From: Polaromonas sp.
GTDB lineage: Bacteria; Pseudomonadota; Gammaproteobacteria; Burkholderiales; Burkholderiaceae_C
Reading direction: 5' to 3'
Length of the DNA: 64,000 nt
NCBI GenBank assembly: GCA_030683705.1
Contig: JAUXPP010000118.1
Location: 5,164-69,163 of the forward strand
Positions within the stretch are counted from its first letter, which is position 1; each line of letters opens with the position of its first letter. Of the stretch, positions 1 to 9,703 are shown piece after piece. The translations under genes and the position numbers were made by a program. The notes beneath the pieces are model-generated. The model was not told the DNA's origin. It did not search any database and saw nothing but the letters and a program-made list of their open reading frames with translations.

Positions 1-170
1 CGATAACGCGGGTTGTGCAGCAGGTCGGCGTAAGTCGCCTTGAAGCGCTGCGCCTGAAACCGCTTGACTTCGAGGCAAGCCTGTTCGAGTGGCGGCTGAC
101 TCGCGCGGGCGCGCCGCAACAGTGAGACAGCCTGCATGGCTTCGCGAATGCGGGATGCGGCGGGGTCCAT
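1..170 (-). CDS. Conserved hypothetical protein, 5' part only (runs off the window); resembles the N-terminus of betaproteobacterial FFLEELY-motif proteins
   Basis: Hand translation from ATG at 170: MDPAASRIREAMQAVSLLRRARASQPPLEQACLEVKRFQAQRFKATYADLLHNPRY, open to the window edge. Family assignment is from memory only. Confidence 0.6.
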   Translation of the reverse strand, partial: MDPAASRIREAMQAVSLLRRARASQPPLEQACLEVKRFQAQRFKATYADLLHNPRY

Positions 171-238
171 ATAAACACGGAGTTTATCTAGGTACCGTGC
201 TCTATAGAAATGCGGCGGGCGCGTGCGAAACTCAATCG

Positions 239-745
239 ATGAAAAGAAGGACCCTGTTCAAGCTGGGTGCGGCCTCGGCGGCATTGCTCGCCGTGGGCGG
301 GGGCGCGGCGGCGCTGTTGCAACCCGGCTTGCACGATGGCAAGCTGGCTGCGGCCGGGCGCGAAGTGTTCCGGGCCGTCGGGCGGGCGGTTCTGCAGGCA
401 AGCCTGCCGCCCGTGGAGGCCGCCAGGCAGGCGGCGCTGGATGGCCTGCTGGAGCGCATCGACGCATTGGCGCTGGCGTTGCCTCCGCACGCGCAGGACG
501 AGCTGTCGCAGCTGTTGTCCTTGCTGGCGAGCGTGCCCGGTCGTCACCTGCTGGCGGGTTTGAACCGACCCTGGCCAGTGGCGACCGAGTCGGACATCCA
601 GCAGGCTTTGCAGGGGATGCGGCTTTCCACCCTGGCATTGCGGCAGCAGGCGTATGCAGCGCTGCATGACATCGCGGCTGCGGCCTACTTCACGGATGAG
701 GCGACCTGGCCGCAGCTCGGCTACCCCGGCCCACTGGCCATTTGA
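239..745 (+). CDS. Tat-signal small protein, probable partner subunit of the downstream GMC oxidoreductase
   Basis: MKRRTLFKLG twin-arginine motif followed by a hydrophobic stretch; C-terminal WPQLGYPGP; ends 18 bp before the GMC gene. Start moved from ORF 89 to ATG 239. Confidence 0.75.
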   Translation: MKRRTLFKLGAASAALLAVGGGAAALLQPGLHDGKLAAAGREVFRAVGRAVLQASLPPVEAARQAALDGLLERIDALALALPPHAQDELSQLLSLLASVPGRHLLAGLNRPWPVATESDIQQALQGMRLSTLALRQQAYAALHDIAAAAYFTDEATWPQLGYPGPLAI

Positions 746-763
746 TCAGACACGAAAGACCGC

Positions 764-2389
764 ATGAGCCAACTGAAAGACCCGATCCGGGACGGCCTCC
801 AGCGCGGGTGGAAAGTCCTCGGAGGCGCCAGGGGACCGGCGCCGGAAAAAATTGTCTGTGACGTCGCCATCGTCGGCACGGGAGCCGGCGCCGGCATCAC
901 TGCCGAACTGCTGGCCCGGGCCGGCCTGAATGTGGTGATGATCGAGGAAGGGCCGCTGAAAAGCAGTAGCGACTTCAAGCAGAAGGAGTCCGAGGCCTAC
1001 CCTCAGCTTTATCAGGAAAGCGCGGCGCGCAAGACCGAGGACAAGGCGATCAACATCCTCCAGGGGCGCTGCGTTGGCGGCTCCACCACAGTCAACTGGA
1101 CCAGTTCCTTCCGCACGCCTGCGCCTACGCTCAAGTTCTGGCAGGATCATTTTGACCTGCCGGATTACAAGGTCGAGGCCCTCGCGCCCTACTTTGCGCA
1201 GGCCGAAAAACGCCTGAACATCCAGCCCTGGCTGACCGCGCCGAACGAGAACAATGACCTGTTGCGCCGTGGCGCTGCCAAGCTGAACATTCAGGCGGCG
1301 GCGATTTCGCGCAACGTCACGGGTTGCTGGAACCTGGGATCCTGCGGCCTGGGCTGCCCGACCAATGCCAAGCAATCGATGCTGGTCACGACCATCCCCG
1401 CCGCGCTTGACCTCGGCGCCCGGCTACTGACGGAAATGCGGGTGGAGCGGTTTGAACTGGCCAACGGCAAGGTGACTGCGCTTTATTGCCAAAGTGTGAT
1501 GCCAAATGGGGCGTTAGCCCATGCCGGACAAGCGCGAGCAGCTGCCAAAATCATAGCAAGTCACTATGTGCTGGCTGGCGGCGCGATCAATTCTCCAGCC
1601 GTGTTGCTGCGCTCGGGCGCGCCCGATCCGCATGGCGTGCTGGGCGCACGGACCTTTCTGCATCCGGTGGTGATGAGTTCGTCTGTGTTTGCGCAGAAAG
1701 TCGAAGCCTGGAGCGGTGCGCCGCAGACGATCTACACCGACCACTTCCTGGACACCCAGGCCATTGACGGACCGATGGGCTACAAACTCGAAGCGCCGCC
1801 GCTGCACCCGGTGATTTTTGCGTCCACCGTGCCTGGAATGGGCCAAAGCCAGCAGGATTTGCTCGAGACCTTCCCTCACAACCACACCCTGCTGGCGCTG
1901 CTGCGCGACGGCTTCCATGAGCAGTCGCGCGGCGGGCAGGTCAAGCTGCGTGGCGACGGATCGGCTGTGCTGGACTATGCGCTGACGGACTATGTGATGG
2001 ATGGTGCGCGTCGTGCCCTGCTGTCGATGGCGGAAATCCAGTTTGCCGCTGGCGCGCGCCAGGTCTTGCCGCTGCACGAAATGGCCCAGCCCTATACGTC
2101 CTGGGCGCAGGCCAGGGATGCGATCCAGGCGCTGCCGATGAAACCGATGCTGACCAAGATCGTCAGCGCACACGTCATGGGTGGCTGCGGCCTGGCCGGG
2201 AACGAGAAGCAGGGCGTGACCCGCCCCGACGGCATCCATTGGCAACTCGGCAATCTGTCGATACATGACGGTTCTCTTTTTCCAACCAGCATAGGCGCCA
2301 ACCCGCAACTGTCGGTGTACGGCACCGTGAACCGGCTGGCGCAGGGGCTGGTCAAAAAGCTGACCGGGCGTGATGTCACGCTCGCCTGA
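764..2389 (+). CDS. GMC family oxidoreductase (FAD-dependent)
   Basis: GTGAGAG FAD motif, GRCVGGSTTVN, AGGAINSP, SAHVMGGC, DGSLFPTS..ANPQLS. Confidence 0.9.
   Translation: MSQLKDPIRDGLQRGWKVLGGARGPAPEKIVCDVAIVGTGAGAGITAELLARAGLNVVMIEEGPLKSSSDFKQKESEAYPQLYQESAARKTEDKAINILQGRCVGGSTTVNWTSSFRTPAPTLKFWQDHFDLPDYKVEALAPYFAQAEKRLNIQPWLTAPNENNDLLRRGAAKLNIQAAAISRNVTGCWNLGSCGLGCPTNAKQSMLVTTIPAALDLGARLLTEMRVERFELANGKVTALYCQSVMPNGALAHAGQARAAAKIIASHYVLAGGAINSPAVLLRSGAPDPHGVLGARTFLHPVVMSSSVFAQKVEAWSGAPQTIYTDHFLDTQAIDGPMGYKLEAPPLHPVIFASTVPGMGQSQQDLLETFPHNHTLLALLRDGFHEQSRGGQVKLRGDGSAVLDYALTDYVMDGARRALLSMAEIQFAAGARQVLPLHEMAQPYTSWAQARDAIQALPMKPMLTKIVSAHVMGGCGLAGNEKQGVTRPDGIHWQLGNLSIHDGSLFPTSIGANPQLSVYGTVNRLAQGLVKKLTGRDVTLA
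1497..1558 (-). repeat. Family A (~63 bp REP-like) repeat copy lying in-frame inside the GMC gene
   Basis: Reverse complement TGCTATGATTTTGGCAGCTGCTCGCGCTTGTCCGGCATGGGCTAACGCCCCATTTGGC matches the intergenic copies at 23263, 29746 and 54208. Confidence 0.7.
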
Positions 2390-3329
2390 GCCGGTTGAGC
2401 GGGCGCCGGGCACGCTGGCACGTCTGCAGCAGTTGATCACCGTGTCGCTGCTGGCTGGCGCGGCCGCATGGTTGTTGTTTTTCTGGAGCACTTCCCCGTT
2501 GCTGGCGGTGTCCGGCGGAATGCTGTTGGTGCTGGGCTACTCGGGCTTTCTGGCCATCGAGTTTTTCCTGCTTCGATTCGTCAACCGGCCTGACCCGGCG
2601 CCACAGCCTTCATGGCGCCAGCTGGCACAGGCCTGGCTGGGCGAGACGCTGGTGGCGCCGCGGGTATTTTGCTGGCGCCAGCCGTTTCGGTCCCAGGCAT
2701 TTCCCGACGAGCCGGCACTGCGATCGGCCGTGCCGGGGCGGCGTGGCCTTGTATTCATTCACGGGTTTTTCTGCAACCGCGGGTTCTGGGCGCCCTGGCT
2801 GGAGAAGCTGCAGGGCAGCGGCCATGCCTATGTCGCGGTCAATCTGGAACCGGTTTTTTCATCGATCGACGACTATGTGCCCCTGATCGATGCAGCGGTC
2901 AGGCGGGTGACACAAGCCACCGGGCTGCCGCCCCTGCTGGTCTGCCACAGCATGGGTGGGCTTGCGGCGCGCGCCTGGCTCAAGGCCATGAAGTCGGAGA
3001 GCCGTGTCCACCATGTGGTGACGCTGGGGACGCCGCACCGCGGAACCTGGCTGGCCCGCTTCAGCCGGGTTGCCAATGGCCGGCAAATGCAATTGGCGGG
3101 GGCGTGGCATCAGTCGCTGGATCAGGACATGCCGGCGCATCGGCACACGCTGTTTACCTGCTGGTACTCGAATTGCGACAACATTGTGTTTCCCAGCTCG
3201 ACCGCGACCTTGCCCGGCGCGGATAATCGGCTGGTGCAGGGCGTCGCTCATGTGCAACTGGCTTTCCGGCCCGAGGTCATGCAGGCCACGCTGGCCATGA
3301 CAGGCGGTGACCTGTGGAAAAGTGCCTAG
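2370..3329 (+). CDS. Membrane-anchored alpha/beta hydrolase (lipase/esterase family)
   Basis: Two N-terminal TM segments, FIHGFFCN oxyanion region, CHSMGG nucleophile elbow, TLGTPHRG, C-terminal Asp/His. Confidence 0.85.
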   Translation: MMSRSPEPVERAPGTLARLQQLITVSLLAGAAAWLLFFWSTSPLLAVSGGMLLVLGYSGFLAIEFFLLRFVNRPDPAPQPSWRQLAQAWLGETLVAPRVFCWRQPFRSQAFPDEPALRSAVPGRRGLVFIHGFFCNRGFWAPWLEKLQGSGHAYVAVNLEPVFSSIDDYVPLIDAAVRRVTQATGLPPLLVCHSMGGLAARAWLKAMKSESRVHHVVTLGTPHRGTWLARFSRVANGRQMQLAGAWHQSLDQDMPAHRHTLFTCWYSNCDNIVFPSSTATLPGADNRLVQGVAHVQLAFRPEVMQATLAMTGGDLWKSA

Positions 3330-3423
3330 GGCATCATTGCCAGAGCCGGATCGGTGACAAAATCAGTAACAAATTGTGTATGCTGATGGCCGCCCCGTTT
3401 GAGCTAACCCGCCTGGAAGAACC

Positions 3424-4545
3424 ATGCCCCTGATTGTGTTGATGGAAGACGATGCCGCGACGCGCACACTGGTGGCTTCGGTGCTCAGGAAGGATGGCTA
3501 CGAAGTCTTGTCGGCTGACAACGGCATGTCGGGACTGGAACTGGTCCGGCAGAACAAGCCGGACCTGGTGATCAGCGATGTGCAGATGCCACTGATGGAC
3601 GGTTTTGCGATGCTGCAAGCCCTGCGGGCTGACCCCGCCATCATGGCCACCCCTGTGGTGTTGCTGACCTCGCTGCAGGAGCGGGCGCACATGCGCATTG
3701 GCATGACCAGCGGCGCGGACGACTACATCACCAAACCTTTCAGGCCCGGCGAGTTGCGCGAAGCAGCCGCCGCCCAGTTGAACAAGCGTCAGGTGCAGGC
3801 GGCGCTGCAGACCATGGCGGTAGAGGCGGCGGTGCAGGCTGCACTGGAGGAGCAGAAGCATCATCTTTCGCGTTTGTACGAGCAAAAACTCGCCTCTGAA
3901 CTGAGTGACAAGTGGCCGGCGGCAGATGCGACGACGGAGGATGAAAAATTTTCCAATGCCACCGTCCTGTTTGTGGATGTGCTCAACTACGCTGCGCTGG
4001 CAGAAAAGCTGTCCAGTTCAGATCTGAGCGATGTGGTGCGCCAGTTTTACAACAATGCAGGCGACACGGTGCATCTGTTCGGAGCACGGCACATGCAGTT
4101 TGTCGGCGAAGGTCTGCTGGTGGTGTTTGTGGACAGCACGGACACCACCTCGGTCAATCACGGCCTGCGTGCTGCCCGGGCCGCCCTGGGCTTGCTTGAC
4201 GCAGCCCGGCGCGTGCAAAAATTTCTCAACAGCCATTTCCCTCATCAGGACCTCCCGCGTTTCGACGTCAGTGTGGCTTTGAACAGCGGCCCCGTTGCGC
4301 TGGCCAAGCTTGAGGATCCGCTGCACGGGGGCCAGCATGTGCTGCCGGTGGGCGACACGGTCAGTGCCACGCTGCAATTGCAGAAGCAAGCCCAGAAGGC
4401 CGGCTGGCAAATTGCGGCCAGCGTTGCGATGTTGCGCGGTGTCACGGGCGCGGTGAGCACCGGCGGGCGGGCGCTGATTTCACTGCCGGGCCGTACTGCG
4501 GCGCTTGATGCGGCGGAGTTGTTGGGCCTGGTCCTGCAGAGCTGA
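3424..4545 (+). CDS. Response regulator: REC domain fused to a degenerate class III nucleotide-cyclase domain
   Basis: REC: MEDD, VISDVQMP, YITKPF. Cyclase: ATVLFVDV, FVGEGLL, VALNSGPV, VGDTVSATLQ. Confidence 0.85.
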   Translation: MPLIVLMEDDAATRTLVASVLRKDGYEVLSADNGMSGLELVRQNKPDLVISDVQMPLMDGFAMLQALRADPAIMATPVVLLTSLQERAHMRIGMTSGADDYITKPFRPGELREAAAAQLNKRQVQAALQTMAVEAAVQAALEEQKHHLSRLYEQKLASELSDKWPAADATTEDEKFSNATVLFVDVLNYAALAEKLSSSDLSDVVRQFYNNAGDTVHLFGARHMQFVGEGLLVVFVDSTDTTSVNHGLRAARAALGLLDAARRVQKFLNSHFPHQDLPRFDVSVALNSGPVALAKLEDPLHGGQHVLPVGDTVSATLQLQKQAQKAGWQIAASVAMLRGVTGAVSTGGRALISLPGRTAALDAAELLGLVLQS

Positions 4546-4584
4546 GCGCTGCGCCGGACAGCCCGACGGAAGTCACCACGACCC

Positions 4585-7500
4585 ATGCGCAAAAAAACGC
4601 TTTCGCTGCGCCGCGTGCTGGTTGTCAGCCTTCTGTTGTTTGCGCTTGTGCCTGCGGTGCTGGTCGCGTGGCTGATGGCGCGCAGCAGTGCCCAGGCCGT
4701 GCAGGATCTGGCGGGAGGGATTCTCTTCAATGTTGCCGCAAAGATCCAGGCCGGCACCGAGGCGCATCTGGGGCAGGCTCACAACGTTCTTAACGGCCTG
4801 TTTCCTGAACGTCTGAATGCGGCGCAAACCGAACAGGCGCGGGACTGGTTGCGCCACGGCGCCGCTTTCGAGCCGATGGCGTTTGCGTTGACCCGGCAAT
4901 CCCCAGACGTGCCGCACCTGTATTTCGGAAACAGTCGAGGCGAGTTTTTTTCGGTCGAGAACGCCGGCAATGGCGCGACGGTGCTGCTGCGCGGTCCCGG
5001 CGACACGGTGTTACAGGGTTTTGCAGCCCGGCGTCCCGGCGACAGGACCCGCCCGCTGCCGGTGGCACAACCGGGCTTCGAGCCCCGGACCCGCAATTGG
5101 TACCAGGGTGCCCTGCTGGCCAAGGGACGTGTTTTTTCCCCCATCCAGGCGGTTCCCGGCAAGCCGCAATTGCTGGTCACGCTGTCACAACCCGTTTATG
5201 ACAGCGACGAGGGTGCGGCGGGGGTGTTCGGTGTGGACCTTTACCTGCAACAGCTTTCCCGCCTGCTGCAAACACAAAGCATCAGCGCGCGGGGCGCGGC
5301 GTTTATTGTGGACGAAGCTGGCCTGCTGGTCGCCGGATCTGCAGGGGATCCCCTGTTCCAGGATGAACAAGGCGGGCAGACCCGGCGCAGTCCGCAATAC
5401 AGCGCCAATGCGGTCATCCGCGAAAGCTTCGCGGCGCTCCAGCTTGAGCGCGCCCGCAAGCGCGAGGATTCCGTCGCAAGCAGCACCGCCCTGATGAGGC
5501 TGGCCATGCGCGGGGACACCCTGATGATGGTCCAGCGCCCGTTCGGCGAGTCGCTGGGCTTGCGCTGGACGCTGGTCGTGGCAGCGCCCGAAAGCGACTT
5601 CACGGCAGAGATGGACAAGGCGTGGAAACTGTCCCTCGGCCTGATTGGCGGGCTGGTTTTCCTGGGCGCCCTGGCAGCCCTGTACGTGGCGAACCGCATC
5701 GGCCTGCGGCTTTACCGCCTCAGCATGGCCGCCAAGCAGCTCGGCCGCGGCGAGGTACCCAGGATAGACCGCCGTACCCATTTGCGGGAGGTCATGGAGC
5801 TTTCGCAGGTGCTGCACGACAGCGCTGAGCAACTCCGGACCTACAGGGCGGAGGTGCAAGCAAAAACCCGCGCCATTGAAGACGCCAACGAGATGCTGGA
5901 GCAGCGGGTCTCGCAGCGCACCGAGGAGCTGCTGGCATCCCGCGAAGAGGCCTTGCAGGCGGCCCGGGCCAAGGCCTCGTTCCTGGCAACCATGAGCCAT
6001 GAAATCCGCACGCCGCTCAATGGTGTGGTGGGCATGAGCACGCTGCTGGCCGAAACCGCGCTGGATGACGAGCAGCGTGATTATCTTCAGACCATCCGTT
6101 TGTCGAGCGACCAGTTGCTGGCGGTGATCAACGACATCCTGGACTTTTCGAAAATTGAGTCCGGCAAACTCGACCTGGAGGCGGAACCCCTGAGCCCTCT
6201 CAGTGCCATCGAGGAAGCCTGCGACATCGCTGCCCCGCGGGCCAGGGAAAAAAATCTGGAACTGATCGTGGATGTGCCGGAGGCGGGTGGTGGTGCGCCC
6301 GGGCTGCCGGCCGCCATCGCCGGTGACATCACGCGTATCCGCCAGGTGCTGATCAACCTGATCAACAATGCCGTCAAATTCACCGAAAAAGGCGAGGTGG
6401 CCGTGAGTGTCCGGCGGCTGCCGGATGCAGGTGACCCGAAACTCGCCCTGCTGGAGTTCCGTATCTCGGATACCGGCATAGGCATACCTGCCGACCGGAT
6501 TGGATCGCTCTTCCAGGCATTCACCCAGGTCGATACGTCCACCACCCGCAAATATGGCGGGACCGGATTGGGGCTTGCCATCTGCAAGCGCCTTGTTGAA
6601 CTCATGGGGGGAAACATCGGCGTGGACAGCGAGCCAGGAAAGGGCTCGACGTTCTGGTTCACCGTCCAAGCGCCTGTGGTGGCGGCGCCCGTGCTGTCCG
6701 GCGTGGTTGACGCAACGACGCTTCACGGCAAGCAGGCGCTGATCGTGGACGATCATGTCACCAACATACGCGTGCTCACACGGCAGCTGCAGATGTGGGG
6801 CATGCAGGTGACAAGCGCCGAGTCCGGGGTCCAGGCCTTGCAGGCCTTGACGCAGCAAAAAACGCCGCGGCCGGACATCATCATCACCGATATGCACATG
6901 CCGGACATGGACGGCGTCACGCTGGCGCGGGAGATCAAGGGCAGCAGCGCGCTCGCCAAGGTTCCGCTGGTCTTGCTGACGTCGGGCTTCATGCCGCCTG
7001 GTCACGAGGCCGCCCGGCTGTTTGAGGCGCGTCTGCTCAAGCCGGCCCGGCAAAAGCAGTTGTTTGACGCGCTGGCCCGTTGTCTGTCGGCACAGCAGCC
7101 GCAGAAGGCGCACGAGGACAGCGCGTCGGGCAGTGCGCCGGCAGCCGCGAAAAACCTGACCCTGCTGGTGGTTGACGACAATGCGGTCAATCTCAAGGTC
7201 GCTTGCGCCATGCTGTCCCGGCTGGGCTACCAGACCGAGACTGCGCTGGATGGGCGGGAGGCCGTTCAGGCGGTGGCACGGGCCCATGGGGCCGGCTGGC
7301 GATTTGGTGCGGTGCTGATGGATGTGAACATGCCCCGCATGAACGGCTTTCAGGCCACCCAGCAGATCCAGGCCATGATGGGCAGCACGGCGCCACCCAT
7401 CATCGCCCTGACCGCCGCCGCCTCGCCGGAAGACCGGGCCCGCTGCGCCGCTGCCGGCATGGACGACTACCTGACCAAGCCGCTGCATGTGTCGGCGCTG

Positions 7501-8001
7501 GCGCAGGCGCTGGAACGCTGGTTGCCGAGGATGAACTCGGCCGCTGGCGGTTCGGGCAAACCGGAAAAACGGGCACCCGCGCGGGACCGGGCCGGTGAAG
7601 CCTTATCCCCGGGCGCTGCGCCGTTGAGCAAGACCATTCCGGTTCCCGAGCCGGAAGTGAAACTGATGGATCTTGACCGGTTGGCCCAGTTCAAGGAGTT
7701 TGACGATGAGCACCTGACCATGACCCGTGAGGTCATCGGTCTGTTTATCGCCGACGCCTCTCAAAGGCTTGATGCCATCGACCAGAGCATTCGGGCCGCA
7801 GATCCGGTCGCGCTGGCCTGGGCGACCCATGCCCTGATCGGGGCGACGGGCAACGTCGGAGCCGTTGCCATGCAGGCGGTATGCACCGAACTCGAGGCGG
7901 CGGCCAAAACAGGCGCTGTCCCTGCCGACGCCGGCCAGCAGTTCGAGCGCTTGCAGAGCTACTGGACGCAAACCCGGGCTGTATTGAACACCTGGGTGTA
8001 G
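4585..8001 (+). CDS. Hybrid sensor histidine kinase (periplasmic Cache-like sensor, HAMP, HisKA, HATPase, two REC domains, Hpt)
   Basis: Two TM helices, [32 protein letters not shown] motifs TDMHMP and MDVNMP, Hpt [13 protein letters not shown]. Confidence 0.92.
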   Translation: MRKKTLSLRRVLVVSLLLFALVPAVLVAWLMARSSAQAVQDLAGGILFNVAAKIQAGTEAHLGQAHNVLNGLFPERLNAAQTEQARDWLRHGAAFEPMAFALTRQSPDVPHLYFGNSRGEFFSVENAGNGATVLLRGPGDTVLQGFAARRPGDRTRPLPVAQPGFEPRTRNWYQGALLAKGRVFSPIQAVPGKPQLLVTLSQPVYDSDEGAAGVFGVDLYLQQLSRLLQTQSISARGAAFIVDEAGLLVAGSAGDPLFQDEQGGQTRRSPQYSANAVIRESFAALQLERARKREDSVASSTALMRLAMRGDTLMMVQRPFGESLGLRWTLVVAAPESDFTAEMDKAWKLSLGLIGGLVFLGALAALYVANRIGLRLYRLSMAAKQLGRGEVPRIDRRTHLREVMELSQVLHDSAEQLRTYRAEVQAKTRAIEDANEMLEQRVSQRTEELLASREEALQAARAKASFLATMSHEIRTPLNGVVGMSTLLAETALDDEQRDYLQTIRLSSDQLLAVINDILDFSKIESGKLDLEAEPLSPLSAIEEACDIAAPRAREKNLELIVDVPEAGGGAPGLPAAIAGDITRIRQVLINLINNAVKFTEKGEVAVSVRRLPDAGDPKLALLEFRISDTGIGIPADRIGSLFQAFTQVDTSTTRKYGGTGLGLAICKRLVELMGGNIGVDSEPGKGSTFWFTVQAPVVAAPVLSGVVDATTLHGKQALIVDDHVTNIRVLTRQLQMWGMQVTSAESGVQALQALTQQKTPRPDIIITDMHMPDMDGVTLAREIKGSSALAKVPLVLLTSGFMPPGHEAARLFEARLLKPARQKQLFDALARCLSAQQPQKAHEDSASGSAPAAAKNLTLLVVDDNAVNLKVACAMLSRLGYQTETALDGREAVQAVARAHGAGWRFGAVLMDVNMPRMNGFQATQQIQAMMGSTAPPIIALTAAASPEDRARCAAAGMDDYLTKPLHVSALAQALERWLPRMNSAAGGSGKPEKRAPARDRAGEALSPGAAPLSKTIPVPEPEVKLMDLDRLAQFKEFDDEHLTMTREVIGLFIADASQRLDAIDQSIRAADPVALAWATHALIGATGNVGAVAMQAVCTELEAAAKTGAVPADAGQQFERLQSYWTQTRAVLNTWV

Positions 8002-8149
8002 GTCGTTGTTGCGGCTGGGTTGTTCCCGGAAACTGCTTCATGGACCGGTGGTGAGTGCTGTCGTTGTGTGTGCTCACTCACTTGTTGCCCTGGCATCCCG
8101 TCTTTCTAGACGTCGCTCGCTGACGACTCAGTATGCCGGGCTTGTTATC

Positions 8150-8165
8150 TGTGAAATTAGTCACA
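8150..8165 (+). promoter_or_regulatory. CRP-family binding site, perfect consensus
   Basis: TGTGA-AATTAG-TCACA, intergenic, directly upstream of the luxR-crp-M4 protease-cyclase/STAND gene string. Confidence 0.8.
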
Positions 8166-8247
8166 CAAAACAGGCGCCATATTCACTATGAACATTCGCT
8201 CAGGCTTCATACGCTTAACAAGTTGTAACGGCTACAAGGCGCCTGAA

Positions 8248-8907
8248 ATGAACACCGTGTTGAATGCCGGATTCGCGGACCCGGCCTTGCTTATTGCCAG
8301 TCCGGGTCTCCCCGAGTCCAGCCCGGATGTGTTGTCCGTGTTGATTGATGTGCTGGCGCACGGTCTGGTGGTTCTCGGTGAGCGCGGCCAGCTGGTTCAC
8401 GCCAACCAGATCGCCCGCGTGGAACTGAACCGGGGCAGGGTGCTGTGCAAAGCCGGTGACGAGGTGCAGGCCGTCAGCCCCGCAGACAACAAAACGCTTC
8501 AGATGGCCCTGACCAAAGCCGGTGCCGGCAAGCGCAGCCTGATCAGTGTCACCGGCGGCGGCTTGAGTCTCATGCTGGCGGTGGTGCCTCTCAAGCCCGA
8601 GGCGGATTCGTGGAAAAGCCGGGTTGCGCTGCTTTTTTCGCGGGCCGAAGTCTGCGAATCGGGGATGTTCGGCTTTTTTGCCCGCAGCTATGGGCTCACG
8701 CAGACCGAGGAGCAGGTTCTGACCATCTTGTGCAGGGGCCTGAGTACTCCGGAAATCGCCCTGCAGATGAAAGTGGCCGTTTCCACAGTGCGCAGCCATG
8801 TGCGCAGCCTTTGCGCCAAAACCGGCTCCAGCGGGGTACGCGAACTGGTCAACCGGGTGGCGGTCCTGCCGCCGGTAGCGCCCTGCCACCTGGTTCAAAT
8901 CCACTAA
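8248..8907 (+). CDS. LuxR-type HTH transcriptional regulator with a PAS-like N-terminal region (alternative start 8188)
   Basis: LTQTEEQVL..LCRGLSTPEIA..MKVAVSTVRSHV LuxR HTH. Confidence 0.85.
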   Translation: MNTVLNAGFADPALLIASPGLPESSPDVLSVLIDVLAHGLVVLGERGQLVHANQIARVELNRGRVLCKAGDEVQAVSPADNKTLQMALTKAGAGKRSLISVTGGGLSLMLAVVPLKPEADSWKSRVALLFSRAEVCESGMFGFFARSYGLTQTEEQVLTILCRGLSTPEIALQMKVAVSTVRSHVRSLCAKTGSSGVRELVNRVAVLPPVAPCHLVQIH

Positions 8908-8973
8908 AAATTCGCGCCGGGCCGCGCCGGCGGCTCCACCGGGGGCACGGCACGTGCTAGATTACGGCTCATC

Positions 8974-9633
8974 ATGAGCACGTCAATCCCTTCTGCCGAA
9001 GACCTGTACACCCCTCTGGTTCCCGAATTGCGCTCGCTGGCGCGCCGCGGTGTGCAACGCACCTACCGTAAAAATGCGGTCCTCATCAACGAGGGGGAGG
9101 CGGGCGACAGTCTTTTTGTGCTTCTCAAGGGCAGCGTCAAGGTGTTCGCCATGGACGAGAGTGGACGCGAAATCACCTACGGCACGGTCAATGCGGGTGA
9201 CTATTTTGGCGAAATGTCGCTCGATGGCGGGCCACGTTCCGCTTCCGTGATGACGCTCGAGCCGTGTACCTGCGCGGTGCTCAGCCGCACCGATGTCAGC
9301 GAGCACCTGGTTGAAGAACCTGAATTTGCCATCAATCTCGTGGTTCAGGTGATACGCCGCGCCCGCGCTGCGACCGAAACCGCGAGGAACATGGCCTTGC
9401 TCGACGTCTATGGCCGGCTGGTTGCCCTGCTGGAAGAGCGCCGCAGCGATGCCGCCGAGGGCGCCGGCAATTCCGCCATGCTGGAATCCATCACCCACCA
9501 GGACATTGCCAATCGCGTGGGCGCTTCGCGCGAGATGGTGAGCCGCCTGCTCAAGGATCTGGAAAAGGGCGGCTACATCGAGCTGGGGATTCGGCGCATC
9601 ACGTTGCTCAAGAAGCTGCCCAGCCGCTGGTGA
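8974..9633 (+). CDS. Crp/Fnr family transcriptional regulator with an intact cyclic-nucleotide binding cassette
   Basis: FGEMSLDGGPRSASV phosphate-binding cassette; HTH ITHQDIANRVGASREMVSR with a CRP-like R-E-x3-R recognition helix. Confidence 0.92.
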   Translation: MSTSIPSAEDLYTPLVPELRSLARRGVQRTYRKNAVLINEGEAGDSLFVLLKGSVKVFAMDESGREITYGTVNAGDYFGEMSLDGGPRSASVMTLEPCTCAVLSRTDVSEHLVEEPEFAINLVVQVIRRARAATETARNMALLDVYGRLVALLEERRSDAAEGAGNSAMLESITHQDIANRVGASREMVSRLLKDLEKGGYIELGIRRITLLKKLPSRW

Positions 9634-9703
9634 CCGCGTCGGACGGATGGCCTGCAAGCAGGCTGTCGCGCCAGGCGCCGTCCTGCCCCCAAAGGAAAAT
9701 CCC

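Noticed and set aside
8006-8191. 61-aa ORF between the hybrid kinase and luxR
   Set aside because: No RBS or motif and it overlaps the CRP-box promoter region.
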